DNA of 64,000 nucleotides from positions 13,826,001 to 13,890,000 of the forward strand of contig JAQFVV010000001.1 of assembly GCA_028023455.1 (NCBI GenBank). Direction: 5' to 3'. Positions within the stretch are counted from its first letter, which is position 1; each line of letters opens with the position of its first letter. This stretch comes from Epiperipatus broadwayi (lineage: Eukaryota > Animalia > Onychophora). This document shows positions 26,149 to 40,760 of this stretch, piece after piece. The translations under genes were made by a program, and so were the position numbers. Under the pieces are notes generated by a model, which was not told the origin of the DNA, ran no database searches, and worked only from the letters and a program-made list of their open reading frames with translations.

Positions 26149-26689
26149 ATGGTAGTCTTTTTTTATATTGTTATTTGTTAATTTTTCTGTAATACTTTTT
26201 ATATATAGATGTTGAATGTGAAATTTGAGTATTATTAAAAGAATATTAAACCATTAGTTGTTTTTAAAAAAGCTCAAAGTTCTTTGAGTGAGATCAGTGA
26301 AATTTATTGTTTGATTCATTCAGAAATAGTCTATAGAGGTATGTTAAAATTAAATGATTGGAAAACCATGGGTCATTGTAGGATTACCCGAATATTTTTC
26401 ACATTAATATTTGTTTACATATGGTGTGTCATCTTAAATAAGACATTGGCAATTGAAATTATTACACTAAGAAGAAAACTTACTCCTCCAAAATGATTCA
26501 GTATTCTATAGCTGTGATGCATTAATTTGGATCAAAAAGATATGGTGTGGCTACCAGAATCATGGCAATTTCTTCATTTCAAAAGTCTGTCTTAGAGATA
26601 GGCTTTGTTTAATAATTGATAGCATATTTTTTCTAATGATTGGGGAAAATGTAATGAATTATTTATTTGCCCATAATACATGTTCTCAA

Positions 26690-27160
26690 TCATCACAATA
26701 GTCAAATGAGAAACCAGTAACTGAAATGATAGGCCAGCCATGTGTTTCTGCATGTCAAACAATGAATTATACCAGATACTGGGTGTGTTCACATGTACAA
26801 TTCTGTTACGCTTTGTATTTTTTGGCTAGACTTTTATAATGTCCATCAGAATCCCATAGTGACAATGTCTGACTACTGTTCTTGCATTATTTTCTCATCA
26901 TCAACAGATACAGTTATCACTTGAGATTGCTTCTTTTGAAATATTAAACAATTCAGCAGGTTTGATAATGATGTTCCAACTAATCGAGCATAAATAATTA
27001 GACATTTTTTATATTAATTCATTGATTTTTAGCAGTGAGTAAATTCATTGATATTTCATGCATTTTGTTTAAACTCAGTTTTGTATTTAAAGAGAGTTTA
27101 CTTCAATTTCTGTTAACAGTTAAGTCCAAGATTTTTACAAGCTTAAGAAAGTAGTATCAA
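26690..27160 (-). pseudogene. Possible pogo/Tigger transposase N-terminal (HTH) remnant
   Basis: Minus-strand peptides KPAELFNISKEAIS and HPVSGII...FSYWF resemble the HTH-psq and CENP-B HTH segments; many stops. Confidence 0.3.
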
Positions 27161-27584
27161 CAATCTGCCAGATAGGTCTTAGGATTTTAGTTGTTAAAAA
27201 AAATCATTAACATGTATTTCTGTGTTGTATGATGTAAACAAAAAATGTAGTGCTAATATTATGTTATTGTTATTTTATATAATATACATACTCATGGAAA
27301 TATTAAAAATATTAATTAATAGAAAAAATTATAAACGAAATTTTAAAAAAAAGTTGAAGAAATAAATAATTATTTTACAATTGTATTCTAGATCTGTAAT
27401 TTATCTGGTTATCCTGAAATATCTTTTTATGCGATTTGAAATTTAATTGTAGAAGTAATTTTTTTTAAATAACCAGATGCTCTTGTAGGATATCAATACT
27501 ACTAATATTATCTTTTAGTTAAGAACAGCTAAACACCTATTTCTCAATATTTCACCTAAAGACTGATCCACTTTCAATTGTTGC

Positions 27585-27682
27585 TTTTTTTTTTTTCATG
27601 TGTCAAACATCGGCTGGGAAGCTAACCACGAACCAGGGACAACTGCTTCTAAGGCAGCTGTGCTGGACACTCGACCACCAAT
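27585..27682 (-). mobile_element. tRNA-Gly-derived SINE copy D
   Basis: Reverse complement reads TTGGTGGTCGAGTGTCCAGCACAGCTGCCTTAGAAGCAGTTGTCCCTGGTTCGTGGTTAGCTTCCCAGCCGATGTTTGACACATG followed by poly-A; same family as copies B and C. Confidence 0.8.
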
Positions 27683-28654
27683 TCTTTTTCTTTTCCGGAT
27701 TACTGCACATTTTTATCCAAGATTCATAAGAAAATAAATCCATTAGTTAAAACCTAAATATTCCTTATTAATTTGGAACTTTCTTTTAATTTTGTTATAT
27801 ATACACTAAATTAAAAAGGGATTGGTTTTTGTAAGAAAAAATTAAAATAAAATCAGACAGATTATAATCTTTATATATATTTTATTACAGTATAAACAAA
27901 CAGATATATACCACCCAAAAGAAATCATAAACTAACTTAACATTATATATCTAAAGAATGTTTAATGAACAGGAAGTAAATGCCTGTGCATTAATGTATA
28001 CATATTTTAAATATGTTTATTACACCAAATATATTTTACTATAATAATAATAATTGAAAACTTAATAAATAATTGTAACAGAATAAATAAACAAAACTAT
28101 ATTTGTATATTAATTGATTTTATTTAATAAATAAACTCTTCTTTATTTATTTGTTAAAGACCATAAAATTATATTTTTAAAAATAGTATTAAATTTGTAT
28201 TTTATTTTATCAATTTTAATAAATCAAAAATGTTGAGTTTAAGTTTAAAAAAAGATTTTTTTTTTTTTTTTATCAGTTGATTGTTGCTATTTTGTTCCCA
28301 ATAGGGGAGGAATCAAATTTCAGTTGCCTGCATGAAATATAAAATATTAACCTAAGGGAAAAAACTCTGACCAATTACTTAAGACATCAATGTTATGGAA
28401 TGAACCCTGAAAACAATATAAGTGATGTCAAAGGAATTATGATAGAAAAAAGTGAGGTTAATCTAAAAATGAAGTTAAATTCTTGATCCCATTATTATAT
28501 ATTTAATCATATGGTATTAATTTAATAAAAAGAAGCTAATTGGAGAGATTAAAATGACATTAAATAATTTATTAACTGCTAATTTATAAAATGTAATGAT
28601 GTTGGATTTTTTAAAAAAGAAAACACATCTTTTCAATTTTTTCAAATATAATAC

Positions 28655-29323
28655 TAAACCACTATACATTACATGATCACCATTTCTTATGCTTACACAA
28701 TCTGTTGTCACAGTAGTAACTTTCTCCATACAATATTGTCACCTAGTGGTTTCTAGAAGATTGACACATCAAAATAATTATTGAATACCTACTCATTCAA
28801 TATTCCCAAAATAGTTTCTTGTTTATTGGATTTGAGAGGCCTGCACTTAGACCTTTGGATCTATGCATCCCTCTAGAAGCTATCTTTTATCTTTTTATTT
28901 AACTATAAAGCTATGAGCCCAATTGAAAACACAAAAATGTTTTAATCCAAGCTAGTTTGCTTATATAGTCATACAAATCTGAATCAGTTCAATGTCTATA
29001 TTTTGGTATTGTTAGTTTTTAATAACCATTGTCACCAACATCTTTTGGCTAGGATTAATATTAAACCATTATAACATGTCATGACCACCATTTATTAGGC
29101 TTTTACAGTCTGTTAACACAGTAGCAGCCTTTTCTGTACAATATTGCCACCTAGTGCAAGCCATAGTAACCAATGGATGCTAGAAGAGTAGTGCATCAAA
29201 ATTCATATCTCCTCGCTGATGAAAGCCATAAGCTAGAAACTAGTCTGAGGTTATAGGATGAGTAGGCACTAGAAAAGGATTTTGATGCACTAACCTTCTA
29301 ACATTTATTGATTACTATGGCTT
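28655..29323. repeat. Modular fold-back family B, locus 1 (one ~410-bp module, a partial second module, then an inverted partial module)
   Basis: The module start TAAACCA.TA..A...CATGA.CACCATTT occurs at 28655 and ~29062. The inverted segment 29211-29323 matches GCAAGCCATAGTAA...GCATCAAAAT...CAGACTAGTTTCTAGCTTATGG. Confidence 0.7.
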
Positions 29324-29369
29324 AGATTATCATAAATGAATCTGAGTAGCAATAAATGCCCCCACATTA

Positions 29370-30810
29370 GGTAACCCCAAATATATTGAAAATATAACAG
29401 CAATGCTAGTTAGCCTGCAAACTAAATGCGTATTTGTGCAACTATAATAAATATATTTACAAACTAAATGGTTTTTTTTACTTACATATCTGGATAATCT
29501 AAATATGTTGGGTAAATATCATACTCAGACAATTTAAAATATAATGAGTAAATAAATAAATTGATCACAAATGGCTTTCTAATAGTTTATATCTACATGT
29601 ACAATGGACTTAAATTTGTAAAGAGCACCAATGGAGACAAATGCATGCTCTTGCTTGGCAAAGAAAATTTATTAACTAGTTTTACTTGGTAGTGAGATAT
29701 AACATGTAGGATATGATAAAATAATTGGATAATGGTTCATACAGCAGTAAATCAAAACACCTAGGTTAATAACAAATTTATTAAGATAAACATTAATTTA
29801 TTTGTGGTGGTTAGAATAAAGAACCATTTAACATTATTTATAATTCACCCTTACTATATTATAATTAAATATGATATATAATTTATAATTAAAATTATAA
29901 ATGCATATAATCAAAAAAGGGTTAATTATAGATTTATTTATTTCACTTAAAATATATGGAGAATTTTTAGTATTACCTTTTTAAAAAAGAAGAATCAAGT
30001 AATTTTTATTTTATAAAGTTATTTATAATTTTAAATTAAGTTATGCAAATTTACTTTTACCTGATTACTATTATTTAAATTATCAGAATGACAAGCCTAA
30101 ATTGCATGGTAATTAATACTATTAATTTAGAAGAAAGATTTTTATAAACATTTGTAAATATTATAATTTCAACTGTTGTTAGTAAGATTTTCTCTAAGTG
30201 TCTTTTAATATTAACACATAAACTTTCAGTTTAACTTGCATCTTCATGCTAGCACACATATATGTAAGGTTCCATAGACATTTTAATCCTTAAATGTTAC
30301 CCAATTATTATCCTTTGTCAATATTACAATTCAAGTAGATTTTGCAGTCTTAAATTCAATGACAGCTTAGCATTTTGTTGTTAATTATTTTATTTAAATC
30401 AGGCATTGAATGGAAGTCCTGTTCCTTCTTTTCAAAGGTTCTTTACTCTCATTACATTTTCTTTGCTACAAGTCCAAAATTTATTTATAGAGTAAGATAA
30501 GATTAAAACAAAACTAAGGGAAGAAAATATGTTTTCTTTCTGAAATTGTTTTCTATCTGTATAGTAATGAGCAATGCAGTCTATATTTTTAAACACTAAT
30601 TTTGAACATGTAATTTCTTCTAATTTTAATAAATCATTGTCATCTGATAATTTAATAAAATATTTTTAATTTTAATAAATAAATGGTTCATTTATTTCAG
30701 ATTTATTCAAAACAAAATAAACATTTTATTACACATATATGATCTTGAATTATTTTCATTATTTAATTCCCTATAAATTAGAAAAATAACAGATGTGTGT
30801 ATACCATATA
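29370..30810 (+). repeat. ~1.4-kb direct repeat, copy 1
   Basis: Collinear with 33020-34455 over its whole length. Anchors include GCCTGCAAACTAAATGC, AAATTTGTAAAGAGCAC, CATGCTCTTGCTTGG, CTTTTACCTGATTACTATTATTTAAATTATCA, GTAAGGTTCCATAGA and ATTTCTTCTAATTTTAATAAA. Confidence 0.85.
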
Positions 30811-31130
30811 TTCCCCTCCTTAATAAAAATAAAACTTCTAAACAATATAAGGTCATCACTAAAAAATAAACAACCTATCAATAAATCATTGTTAATCAAA
30901 ACTACCATCACAATAATGAAATTAATGCTTATGTCTAAGTATGTGTCTTCTAAAAAATGTATATATACCCAAACATTAAAATTAATAAGACATCCTACAA
31001 TAATTATATTAATTGGCACCCTTATATTTCATTCTAACTGGATGCTTGTAAAACAAATCCATAATATATAAGTTGTATGACATCTAATTGATAACAGTAA
31101 TCCCTTTATTTCTAAGGAATATGGAATCTG
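30800..31130 (-). pseudogene. Decayed LINE RT fragment between the 1.4-kb repeats
   Basis: Minus ORF 30771-31019 contains LLIGCLFFSDDLILF (cf. LLFADDLVL), preceded by a degenerate GCxxxxLFNxYI segment. Confidence 0.45.
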
Positions 31131-33019
31131 CACCAAATAAAATCATGAATATAATAATTACTATAAACTAAATATTTACTACTATGTCCATAATGATTCA
31201 CACATTTCATTGTTGCCTTACAATAAATTATATTTTCTAAATCACTAACCTCTTAAATTCAACACATTAGTGATCTTACTTTGTGATAAAAAAATTTTCA
31301 TATTTATAGTCAAGATACCTACATTCATGGCTACGTACCTTGTGATAAAACTATTTAAACTTTAAATGTTTTATTTCTAAAAATAAAATTTTATATGTAT
31401 CATCACTATTTAATAGTGTGATGGAATTCCCTTTCAAAGAAACATGGCCATTTATTTTAAACTGCACTACATCTAAATATAATAAGAAGGATCATGTTTA
31501 CTTGGACTTTCCAAACTTTGGACTTCTTGTTCCTGTCTATCCTGTATCTTCTTGAACCTTTATCATTAATTTGTTGATACTCATTCAATTTAGTTTTTAG
31601 GACTCTACCTTTATCCTGCATTACAAACTATCTTCTAATTCATATTGACTTCTATCTTTTCTATTAAGATTTCTGTGCCTTGTTTTGTGGCTAGTTTAAG
31701 CTCTTCTTGGCTTTGCCTCATTTCTCGTTTAAATAGTTCCTCACTTTACCATACTTTTCTTGATTTTTATGGAACTCACTCCTTAGGTCTCTAAAGCCTT
31801 GTTTCATTTCTTGTATATGCTTTTTTTGTTTTTGCTTATTTGAATAAGTTCTTGGCTTTGTCTCAATTGCTTCATTTCACCCATTAAACTTTTTAACATG
31901 GCCATTATATATTCATTTTTATCATGTTTGGAAGTGACATATACTTCACTAACTTGTCTCCCCTCTCCTGACATATCTAACTTTCATTTTCTATAATTCT
32001 TATTAAAAAGGAAAACATGATTCTTCAATTTAATATCCCACACCATTATTATTATACCAAAACTAACATTTTAAAATTATAACTGATTGTGTACAACATA
32101 GCATGGATTTCATGAACATGCTCAGAAGACCATATTATGCTATTATCAACAGATTCAAACAGTGAACACTAAGGTTTTCATTTTTTCCCAAAATAACTAA
32201 GATACAATACCTCCAATAAATAAGCTAGCTTCAAGTACTTTTCATTATTTATCTTACAGTTACTTCTTGGGGAGAACTTAATAAATATTTATATGTAATA
32301 AGCTCCATTTCTTTGGCATTTTACTAACATAGAGCACATATCTAATGCTTTTAAAGTCACAAATATAAATTCTTATTTTTATTATAGGGCAGGTCCAGGT
32401 TTCATCATTTGGTACTTTGCCTTCACATCCCCTCATTTGACATTTATAAAACATTTTATATACAAAATCCTTTATTAGCTTCATTATTTCTCAACTCATG
32501 TACCATTATACTTAATTTTCAGAAAACAATTTGATAACTTGTTCTGAATTCAAAGACTTACTAAAACACAACAAATTTAAAATTATTATCTACAGAGTCA
32601 TAATCATTTTAATCCAACATCAGTATATATAAAAATAGCTGATATCAATTGTGGTCATTAATCAAATATTTTTAATTTTCTCCCTACTTATTACTTGATG
32701 ACTCTAAATGTCTTATATGAGCCATGGATAAATGCTTAGGCCTTTGTTGGGAAGTCAAATGTAAAGGAAAATTATATATTATTAAAAAATGTAAAGGAAA
32801 GTTATTAATATTATGCCACAATGAATTTGGGCAAACCAAATGTGAAGGAATCTAATCTCCAAGATACATAAAACAATGATACTGAAGTGACATTGTTTCA
32901 TGGATAGCAATATTTCCTTCTATTGAAGTTGGTTGAGCTAAATATAAAAGGAAAACTAATAAAGACTGCCAAAATGTAATTAAAATAAGTGCTGTTCACT
33001 GAATAGCTTATATATTTGG

Positions 33020-34455
33020 GTAATCATGATTACAATAAAATATAAATATGGCTAGCTGGCCTGCAAACTAAATGCATTACATAATTGGGCAACTACCTGT
33101 AACAAATATAATTATGAACCAAGTGGTTTTCTCCTTTTATATGCTAAGTTAAATGTCATTCAGGCAATTTAAAATATAATGAGTAAATAAATTGATTACA
33201 AGTAGCTTGATAATTGTTTATATCTAAATGTACAATGAACTCATAAATTTGTAAAGAGCACTAATGGGTTTATATACATGCTCTTGCTTGGAAAAGATAA
33301 AATGTATTAAATAATGTTTTACTTGGTACTGATATAATATGGAATATACTATAGGATGAGATAAAATAGTTTATGCAGTAGTCAAAACATACATTATTAA
33401 CAAGATAAATTTATTAAGATAATTTATTTGTGGTTAGAATGGACAATTCATAACAGCAATTTAGCATTATTTATAGTTCACCCTCACTATAGTATAATTA
33501 AGTATGATATATAATTTATAATTAAAATTATAAATGCATATAGTCAAGAAAGGGTTAATTATAGATTTTTCTTTTACTTAAATAATATATGGAAAGTTCT
33601 TAATATTACTTCTTTAAAAACAAGAATCAAGTAATAATTTTTATTTTATAAAGTTATAATTTTAAACTAAGTTGTGCAAATATTATTTATGTTTTAATTG
33701 ATCTTAACTTTTACCTGATTACTATTATTTAAATTATCAAATGACAAACCTAAATTTCATGGTTATTAATAGTATTTAGAAGAAAGATTTTTATAAACAT
33801 TTATAAATATTATTTATTTCAATTGTTAGTAAGATTTTCATTAAGTGTCTTAATATTTACACATAAAATTTCAGATTAACTTTTATATTGCAGCATTTCC
33901 TTTGGCATCTTCATGCTAACACACATGTAAGGTTCCATAGATATTTTAATTCTTAAGTGTTACCCAATTATTTTCCTTTGTCAATATTATAATATAAGTA
34001 GATTTTTTGCAGTTTTAAATTCAATAGCAGTCACCATAGCATTTTGTTGTTAATCATTCTAGTTAAACTGTAGACATTAATGGAAGTCTTGTTCCTTCTT
34101 TCCAAGGATTTTCTACTCACAATACATTCTTTTTGCTGTAAGTCTAAAATTTATTTATAGAGTAAGGTAATATTAAAACTTTTAAGGTAAAGAAAGTATG
34201 TTTTCTTTCTGAAATTGTTTTCTGTTTCTATAGTAATGTAATGCAATCTATATTTTAAAATAGTAATTTTGAACATGTGATTTCTTCTAATTTTAATAAA
34301 GCATTGTTATCATCTGATAATTTAACAAAATGTTTTAATTTCCAAAACAAAAATAACATTTTTATTAAATATTTGACCTTGAAATGTTTTATTTATTTAA
34401 TTACCTATAAACTATGGAAAAATAACAAATGAAGATATGTGTATACACAATATAT
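33020..34455 (+). repeat. ~1.4-kb direct repeat, copy 2
   Basis: See copy 1; offset ~3.65 kb, with numerous substitutions and small indels. Confidence 0.85.
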
Positions 34456-36098
34456 TTAAATAGATTTCAAACTTCTATTTCATCACACATTACTAAGGCA
34501 TGATCAATGATGTGAAAAAGACAAATGATCCCCAGTTGACCCAGATCACAATCTCTTACATATATCTTCATTTGTTCACTATATGAGATTGTAAATTACT
34601 ATAGTTTAATTAACATGTTTCAAATTCTGCATTCACATCTTTGATACAAACCACTTTATGTAAATATATCAATAACTTTTTCTAGTCATTTATTAAGCTA
34701 GACATCACTAGACCAAATATATATTTTACGTCTATATAATGTTTAATACTAAAATTAAATGCTAAAATTTAAGATATTTATTTGACTCAAGCTCCAGGAA
34801 CAGAAAAAAAAAGCAGCTTTGTTAGTATCACATATAATCTCAGTTTAAATAAATTATAACGAATATATAATATTCTCAGTAGTTTATTGTATCAATGATC
34901 CAGTATTGATATTTTGTATACTTTCAAACAATTAGTTGAACAACAGTTTTACAAAATGGTAAAATAAAATTTAATATAATTTTCAGTAACAAAATGTGTG
35001 AAGATAAGTGATATCCAAAATTTCAAATTTAACATTGTTTATGCTTTTTCCTAGAAAATAAAACTCTGGCTAGTATTTAATATAATTTTTGACATTAAAA
35101 TTTAATAAAATTGTACAGTATTATTGCCTTTGTATAAGTATCAGTTCACAATATATTGAAAAGCTTTCTGTGAAAGAAACTTATTTTGTTTTGTAGATAG
35201 AAAAATTGTCCAAGAACCATTCTAGTAATCTTAACATAAATTTGAGGGGGAAATGTTTATATTAGATATTTAATCATGTAGTATTTGTTGCTTGAAGTGA
35301 TGTAATATTTGACAGATTTTCTAATGCAGATATTTAATAATAAACTCATTAAAAAAGAGATCTAGTTAAAATAATACTATGTCTGATTAAAATTTATAAT
35401 AGCAGATATATTGACCTTTACTGAGTTTAAAGTTTATATCTGGATTAATAATAACATAAAAATCTTTAACCTAATAAAAAGTTATCAATAATATATTAAT
35501 CTAAAAAATTATATATCATCATTAAGTTTGTATGAGAGTTTCAGGTTTGTAATTAAATCATAATAAAATACAATTATTGAATAATGATGAATATTTGAGA
35601 GTTTGATGATCTGGACCAATTGATGAAGCTAATCCAGTAGAAATGTATTGCCTTTTTTTAATAGAGATTTTATTAATGATTTGTTTGAAGAAGTGTAATA
35701 TTTAAAAGATTTTTCAAGTGTACATGTACATAATATTTTTATACATTTATTTAATGTTCTTTTGAAGGGATTGTAAAGAACTTCCTGTCTTAAACAATGG
35801 ATTACTAAATCTATTGATAATTTTTAAATTTATTATTAATATCTTTCTTAAGAAAAACAATATGACATAAATGTAATGTTGTACAGTTTTAGAAATGTTC
35901 TAGAATAAAAATGATATATATGATTTCAAATGTAAATATAAAAGAATTAAATGATAACCCAATATTAAAAACATATAAAATAAAATGAGTGAATGAATGT
36001 TTAGAAATAAATACAAATAGAAAATAGAATGGGTGAATTGACTCTGATGAAGACAATATCACTAAAGTTCCATTATAGAGGTATAGGGCTTACAAAAG

Positions 36099-36598
36099 NN
36101 NNNNNNNNNNNNNNNNNNNNNNNNNNNNNNNNNNNNNNNNNNNNNNNNNNNNNNNNNNNNNNNNNNNNNNNNNNNNNNNNNNNNNNNNNNNNNNNNNNNN
36201 NNNNNNNNNNNNNNNNNNNNNNNNNNNNNNNNNNNNNNNNNNNNNNNNNNNNNNNNNNNNNNNNNNNNNNNNNNNNNNNNNNNNNNNNNNNNNNNNNNNN
36301 NNNNNNNNNNNNNNNNNNNNNNNNNNNNNNNNNNNNNNNNNNNNNNNNNNNNNNNNNNNNNNNNNNNNNNNNNNNNNNNNNNNNNNNNNNNNNNNNNNNN
36401 NNNNNNNNNNNNNNNNNNNNNNNNNNNNNNNNNNNNNNNNNNNNNNNNNNNNNNNNNNNNNNNNNNNNNNNNNNNNNNNNNNNNNNNNNNNNNNNNNNNN
36501 NNNNNNNNNNNNNNNNNNNNNNNNNNNNNNNNNNNNNNNNNNNNNNNNNNNNNNNNNNNNNNNNNNNNNNNNNNNNNNNNNNNNNNNNNNNNNNNNNN
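36099..36598. other. Assembly gap (exactly 500 N)
   Basis: Directly visible; both sides carry the same ~34-bp sequence. Confidence 0.99.
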
Positions 36599-38694
36599 AA
36601 GTTCCATTATAGGGTATAGGGCTTACAAAAGTACATAGATTCATGGCTCGACTGTATATATATAAACATATGAACATGTAAATTTTTCAAATACATTACA
36701 AATCTTATTAAATTATTTCAGTATGCACTATATATCATGCAAAAAACTTGAATTCCATTTTAAAAAATTTTAAATAATAAATTGGAAAATACTTTGATAA
36801 TATAAATACATATCCAAACCCTAGCTTTAATAAGTAGTCCTTTCAATATTTGATCCCAACAAACATTTCATAAATTTGATAGTATTACCAGTTTCAATTT
36901 CATATTAATTCATTCCTTATCTAATTGGGATTTAACTTATAATATTTATTCTAATTAACCAATGCTACTACAAAGGTTAAGGACAGATTTTTTTAAAAAA
37001 TAAATAGTTATTATAATGAAGTTTATTTCCACAACTCTCTTCAAATCTTAATATAAATCTAAAAAATTTAATTAAATACATTAAATACTTAAATTTAAGG
37101 CATATGATTGCTAATTTTAATAAAAAATTTAAAATCTAAAATAAATAATATAATTAGATAAAAAAGTTCATTGGAAATTTTAATAAAATTCAAGTAGTTT
37201 ATAAATTTAAAGGCTTTATACATAAAAATGAAGCAGAATAAAAGTTCAGCATCTGGCAGATTTTCCATCCTTTCATAGAGATGGTTTTAATATTCTTTTA
37301 AATTATGTATATATCATTTAAAACTCTCTTATGTGCAAGATTCATAATTTACCCTTATAATTCAGGATCCTATGATTTTTCTGACATTATTTTTCTTACT
37401 ATTGTCTTTCCACATAATATAAAAGTTAATTTTGTTGATATCAGTTTCTCTAAGTATGAAAAGTTGGTTTTGCTGCAATCAGTTTTCTTCCATCAGTTTA
37501 TACCAATGATCGTGATTTCTTAAGTTGGCATTCAGTCAATTCCAATGCGACTAAGAACCATTCCTACTACTAATCTACCATTAAAAAAGCTTTTCACCAT
37601 TTTAGAGAGCTTTAAACTCATTACATTTGCAGCCTCACTCTCACAACATTGATGACCAACATAAAGAAAAAATAAATTATGAATAAGTAAGTGACAAATT
37701 GTGTGTGTGTGTGTTTTTGTGACCATTTATGTACAATCATTTTTAAATATTTTGGGGAGAAATAAAATGTTCATAACAAAGAAAGTGTATCCATTAAAAT
37801 AAAATTCAAGATCAAATATAAAATAATCAGTATAATTTAAAGATTAATTTTTTTATTTTTTTTTATAAGTATATCTAACAGTATACAGTTTGGATCTCTA
37901 TAAGTTTTAATTAAATAAATCTAGATTAAATCAGCTAAATTAAATTATGTTAAAATAAAGTGAAGTTGCATACTATACTGCCCAACTATATGATTTCATT
38001 TATATACCATCCAATAAAATATATAAACAAACAAACATGATAAACGAGCAACAATTTTTCTGCCTCTGAATGCCATAGATTACATTTTTTTTAAAAAAAT
38101 TAAAATTGTAAATATACAATATGTCATGAAGTTCCATATAAAATCAAATTTATTATTAATATTTTTCAGGTTATGTTGAAAACACATACAGTACACTTTA
38201 TTTTTTCTTTACTATCATTTCTGAATTTGATATACAGTATTTTTCATTATTTTGCATAATAAAATATTTCTTAAGTATAATGCTAAATGTTTACAAAACA
38301 ATTAAAAAAATAAATTATGAATAAGTAAGTGGCAGGTCATGTGAAAGTCTGTGCTCATATATTACAAAACAATTAAAGAGATCTTAATTTCTCAATAGCA
38401 AGAATACTATAGTTCTATAAGAGAAACAAGTTATTGAATTAAAAATAATATTGTCCAGAGTGTATTTAATAGCAATGAAAGTCAGACACTTTGCTTATTA
38501 CTTTATTTAAAAAATAACACTATGGTACAGTATGGTTTTTATTTTTATTTCAATGAATGAACATACACTCAGTAAAATATATACAAATGTGTCCCCCAAT
38601 TTATTATTAATAATTATATTATTATTATTTTACACTTTTTATAATAGAATCTTAATTGATATTTGTAAACTCTTCATATAAAAAAACCTTTTAT

Positions 38695-38946
38695 GTTACG
38701 TTTATATATGTGCATATTGAAAAGTACTGTACACTCGTAGTTCAGCAAATAATATGTATTCTATTCTAATCAAATTTGATCAAGGAAATGTGAGCTATTA
38801 TATGCTATATACATATACAAAAGCATCTGTGTTATATATAGGTGCACGTTGAAAAGTACTGTATACTTACAGTTTAAAAAAATAATATATATTTTATTCT
38901 AATCAAAGTTTATCAACCATACATGAGCTATTACATGTTATATACA
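38695..38946 (+). repeat. Two-copy ~132-bp tandem repeat
   Basis: GTGCA..TTGAAAAGTACTGTA...TATTCTAATCAAA...TGAGCTATTA.ATG.TATATACAT at 38710 and 38842. Confidence 0.7.
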
Positions 38947-39488
38947 TTTGTATTCGAGAGGGACTTGAAATAAAATATAATGGAATTTGTGGGTCCATTG
39001 TAAATCTTTTTATTTTAGTATTCGATTAAACTTTGTCTTGAAAATACATTTTTTCTCTATTAAAAAAATTATACATTAAAAACTAAAATAAATTCTTTAT
39101 AGTATATATATGTATGTATGTGCATATATAGTCGCAAAGGAAGTAAAATTATAAAACTTTACTTTTACATATATAACAAGCCTGTGTTTCAGTTAAAACT
39201 TTACTTTGTAACTTCTAGTTGGTTGTTTTATCTTGTAATTCAATTCTAAAACATTAACTGGTCTTTCCCTTTATTTTTCCTATTACCAAAATAAACTTAA
39301 ATAGATATTTCCACTTTAAGATATATATTGTAATCATGTATTAGCATCAACAGATAAAAATCAATTTTTTAAAATTTAGATAAAGTGGTATTTTTCTTCA
39401 CCACTGCCCATATTATGATGCAGATGATAAAAGAAATATATCCAGAAATACTAATTATGATCTCATCCATGCCCTACTAGAATTCTCT

Positions 39489-40760
39489 TAAACCATTAAA
39501 ACATCACATGATCACCATTTCTTATGCTTACACAAGCTGCTAAAGTAATAGAAAATCTCTCTAGACAGAAGTGCTGCCCAGGGCAAGCCATAGTAATCAA
39601 CAAAAGCTAGAAAGTTTGTGCATTATAATCCCTATCTAGTATCCACTCATCCAATATACCCAGACTAATTTCTAATTTGTGGTCATCATCAGTGAAAAAC
39701 CTTGGATCTGAGAGTACATCACTTAGATCTTTTAGATCTAATTCAGCTCTCCAACAGCCACTTTAGTTAAATATAAAGCTATTGAGTTAAAAATAAAAAC
39801 ACAACAATGTTTTTAATCCAACATCATAGTCATACAGATCTGAATCTAATTCAGTATTCTATACATTTTGGTGTCTTTTTTTTTTTTTAATATTTATAGT
39901 CACCATTATTCTTTGATCAGGATTGGTTTTAAAACACTAAAACATCACACCATAATGATTTCTTATGTTTTCCCAAGTTGTTAAAACAGTATCAAATTTT
40001 TCCAAATAATAGTGCTATCCAACACAAGCCATAATAATCAGTGGATGCTAGAATATTTGCATCAAAATCCCTATCTACTGCCTACTTATCCAATGTCCTT
40101 GGATTAGTTTCTAGTTTATGGCCTACATTAATGAAGAGTCTTCAATCTTAGAGCAATTCATCTAGCCCTTTGGATTTAATGCAACTCTCCAGTAGTCACT
40201 TTTTATTTTTTTTAAATTAATTGTAAAGATGAGTCCTATATGAAAACACAATAATGTTTTCAATTCAAGCTTATTCACTTGTATAGTCATATAGGTCTGA
40301 AGATATTCGATGAGTAAGCACTAAGTAAGGATTTTGATGCAGAAATGATTACTATGGCTTACACTGGGTGGTACTACTGTTTGGAGAGATCAGCTATTGT
40401 TTTAACAGACACCAAAATGGTTAGAATACTGAACAGGGTTTATATATGTATGACTATGAACATAGATTGAAAATGTGTTTTGATTGGGTTCCATTTTGGA
40501 TTCATAGATTTAATGTTAACTGACAAAATAAAATGTAGCTATTGTACAGTTGCACTAGATCCAAAGGTCTAGTGGTCTAATGCTCTCAGATCCGAGGTTT
40601 CTCACTGATTATGACCATGAGCTAGAAACTAGTCTGGAGATATTGGATGAGTAAGGACTATATAGTATTTTGATGCACAAACTTTCTGGTATCCATTGAT
40701 CCATTGATTACTATAACTTGCACTGGGGCCACTATTGTTTGGAGATATTTTCTACTTTTT
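39489..40760. repeat. Modular fold-back family B, locus 2 (two tandem modules, then inverted module segments)
   Basis: Modules at ~39489-39930 and ~39930-40295, followed by inverted copies at ~40296-40760. They share the motifs CAAGCCATA.TAATCA, ATCAAAATCCCTATCTA, CTTGGATCTGAGAG and GAAAACACAATAATGTTTT. Confidence 0.75.

Noticed and set aside
36029-36677. Three long ORFs in the supplied track
   Set aside because: They are artefacts of translating the N gap.
37305-37726. Possible exon of a minus-strand gene
   Set aside because: No convincing acceptor/donor pair and no recognisable protein motif.
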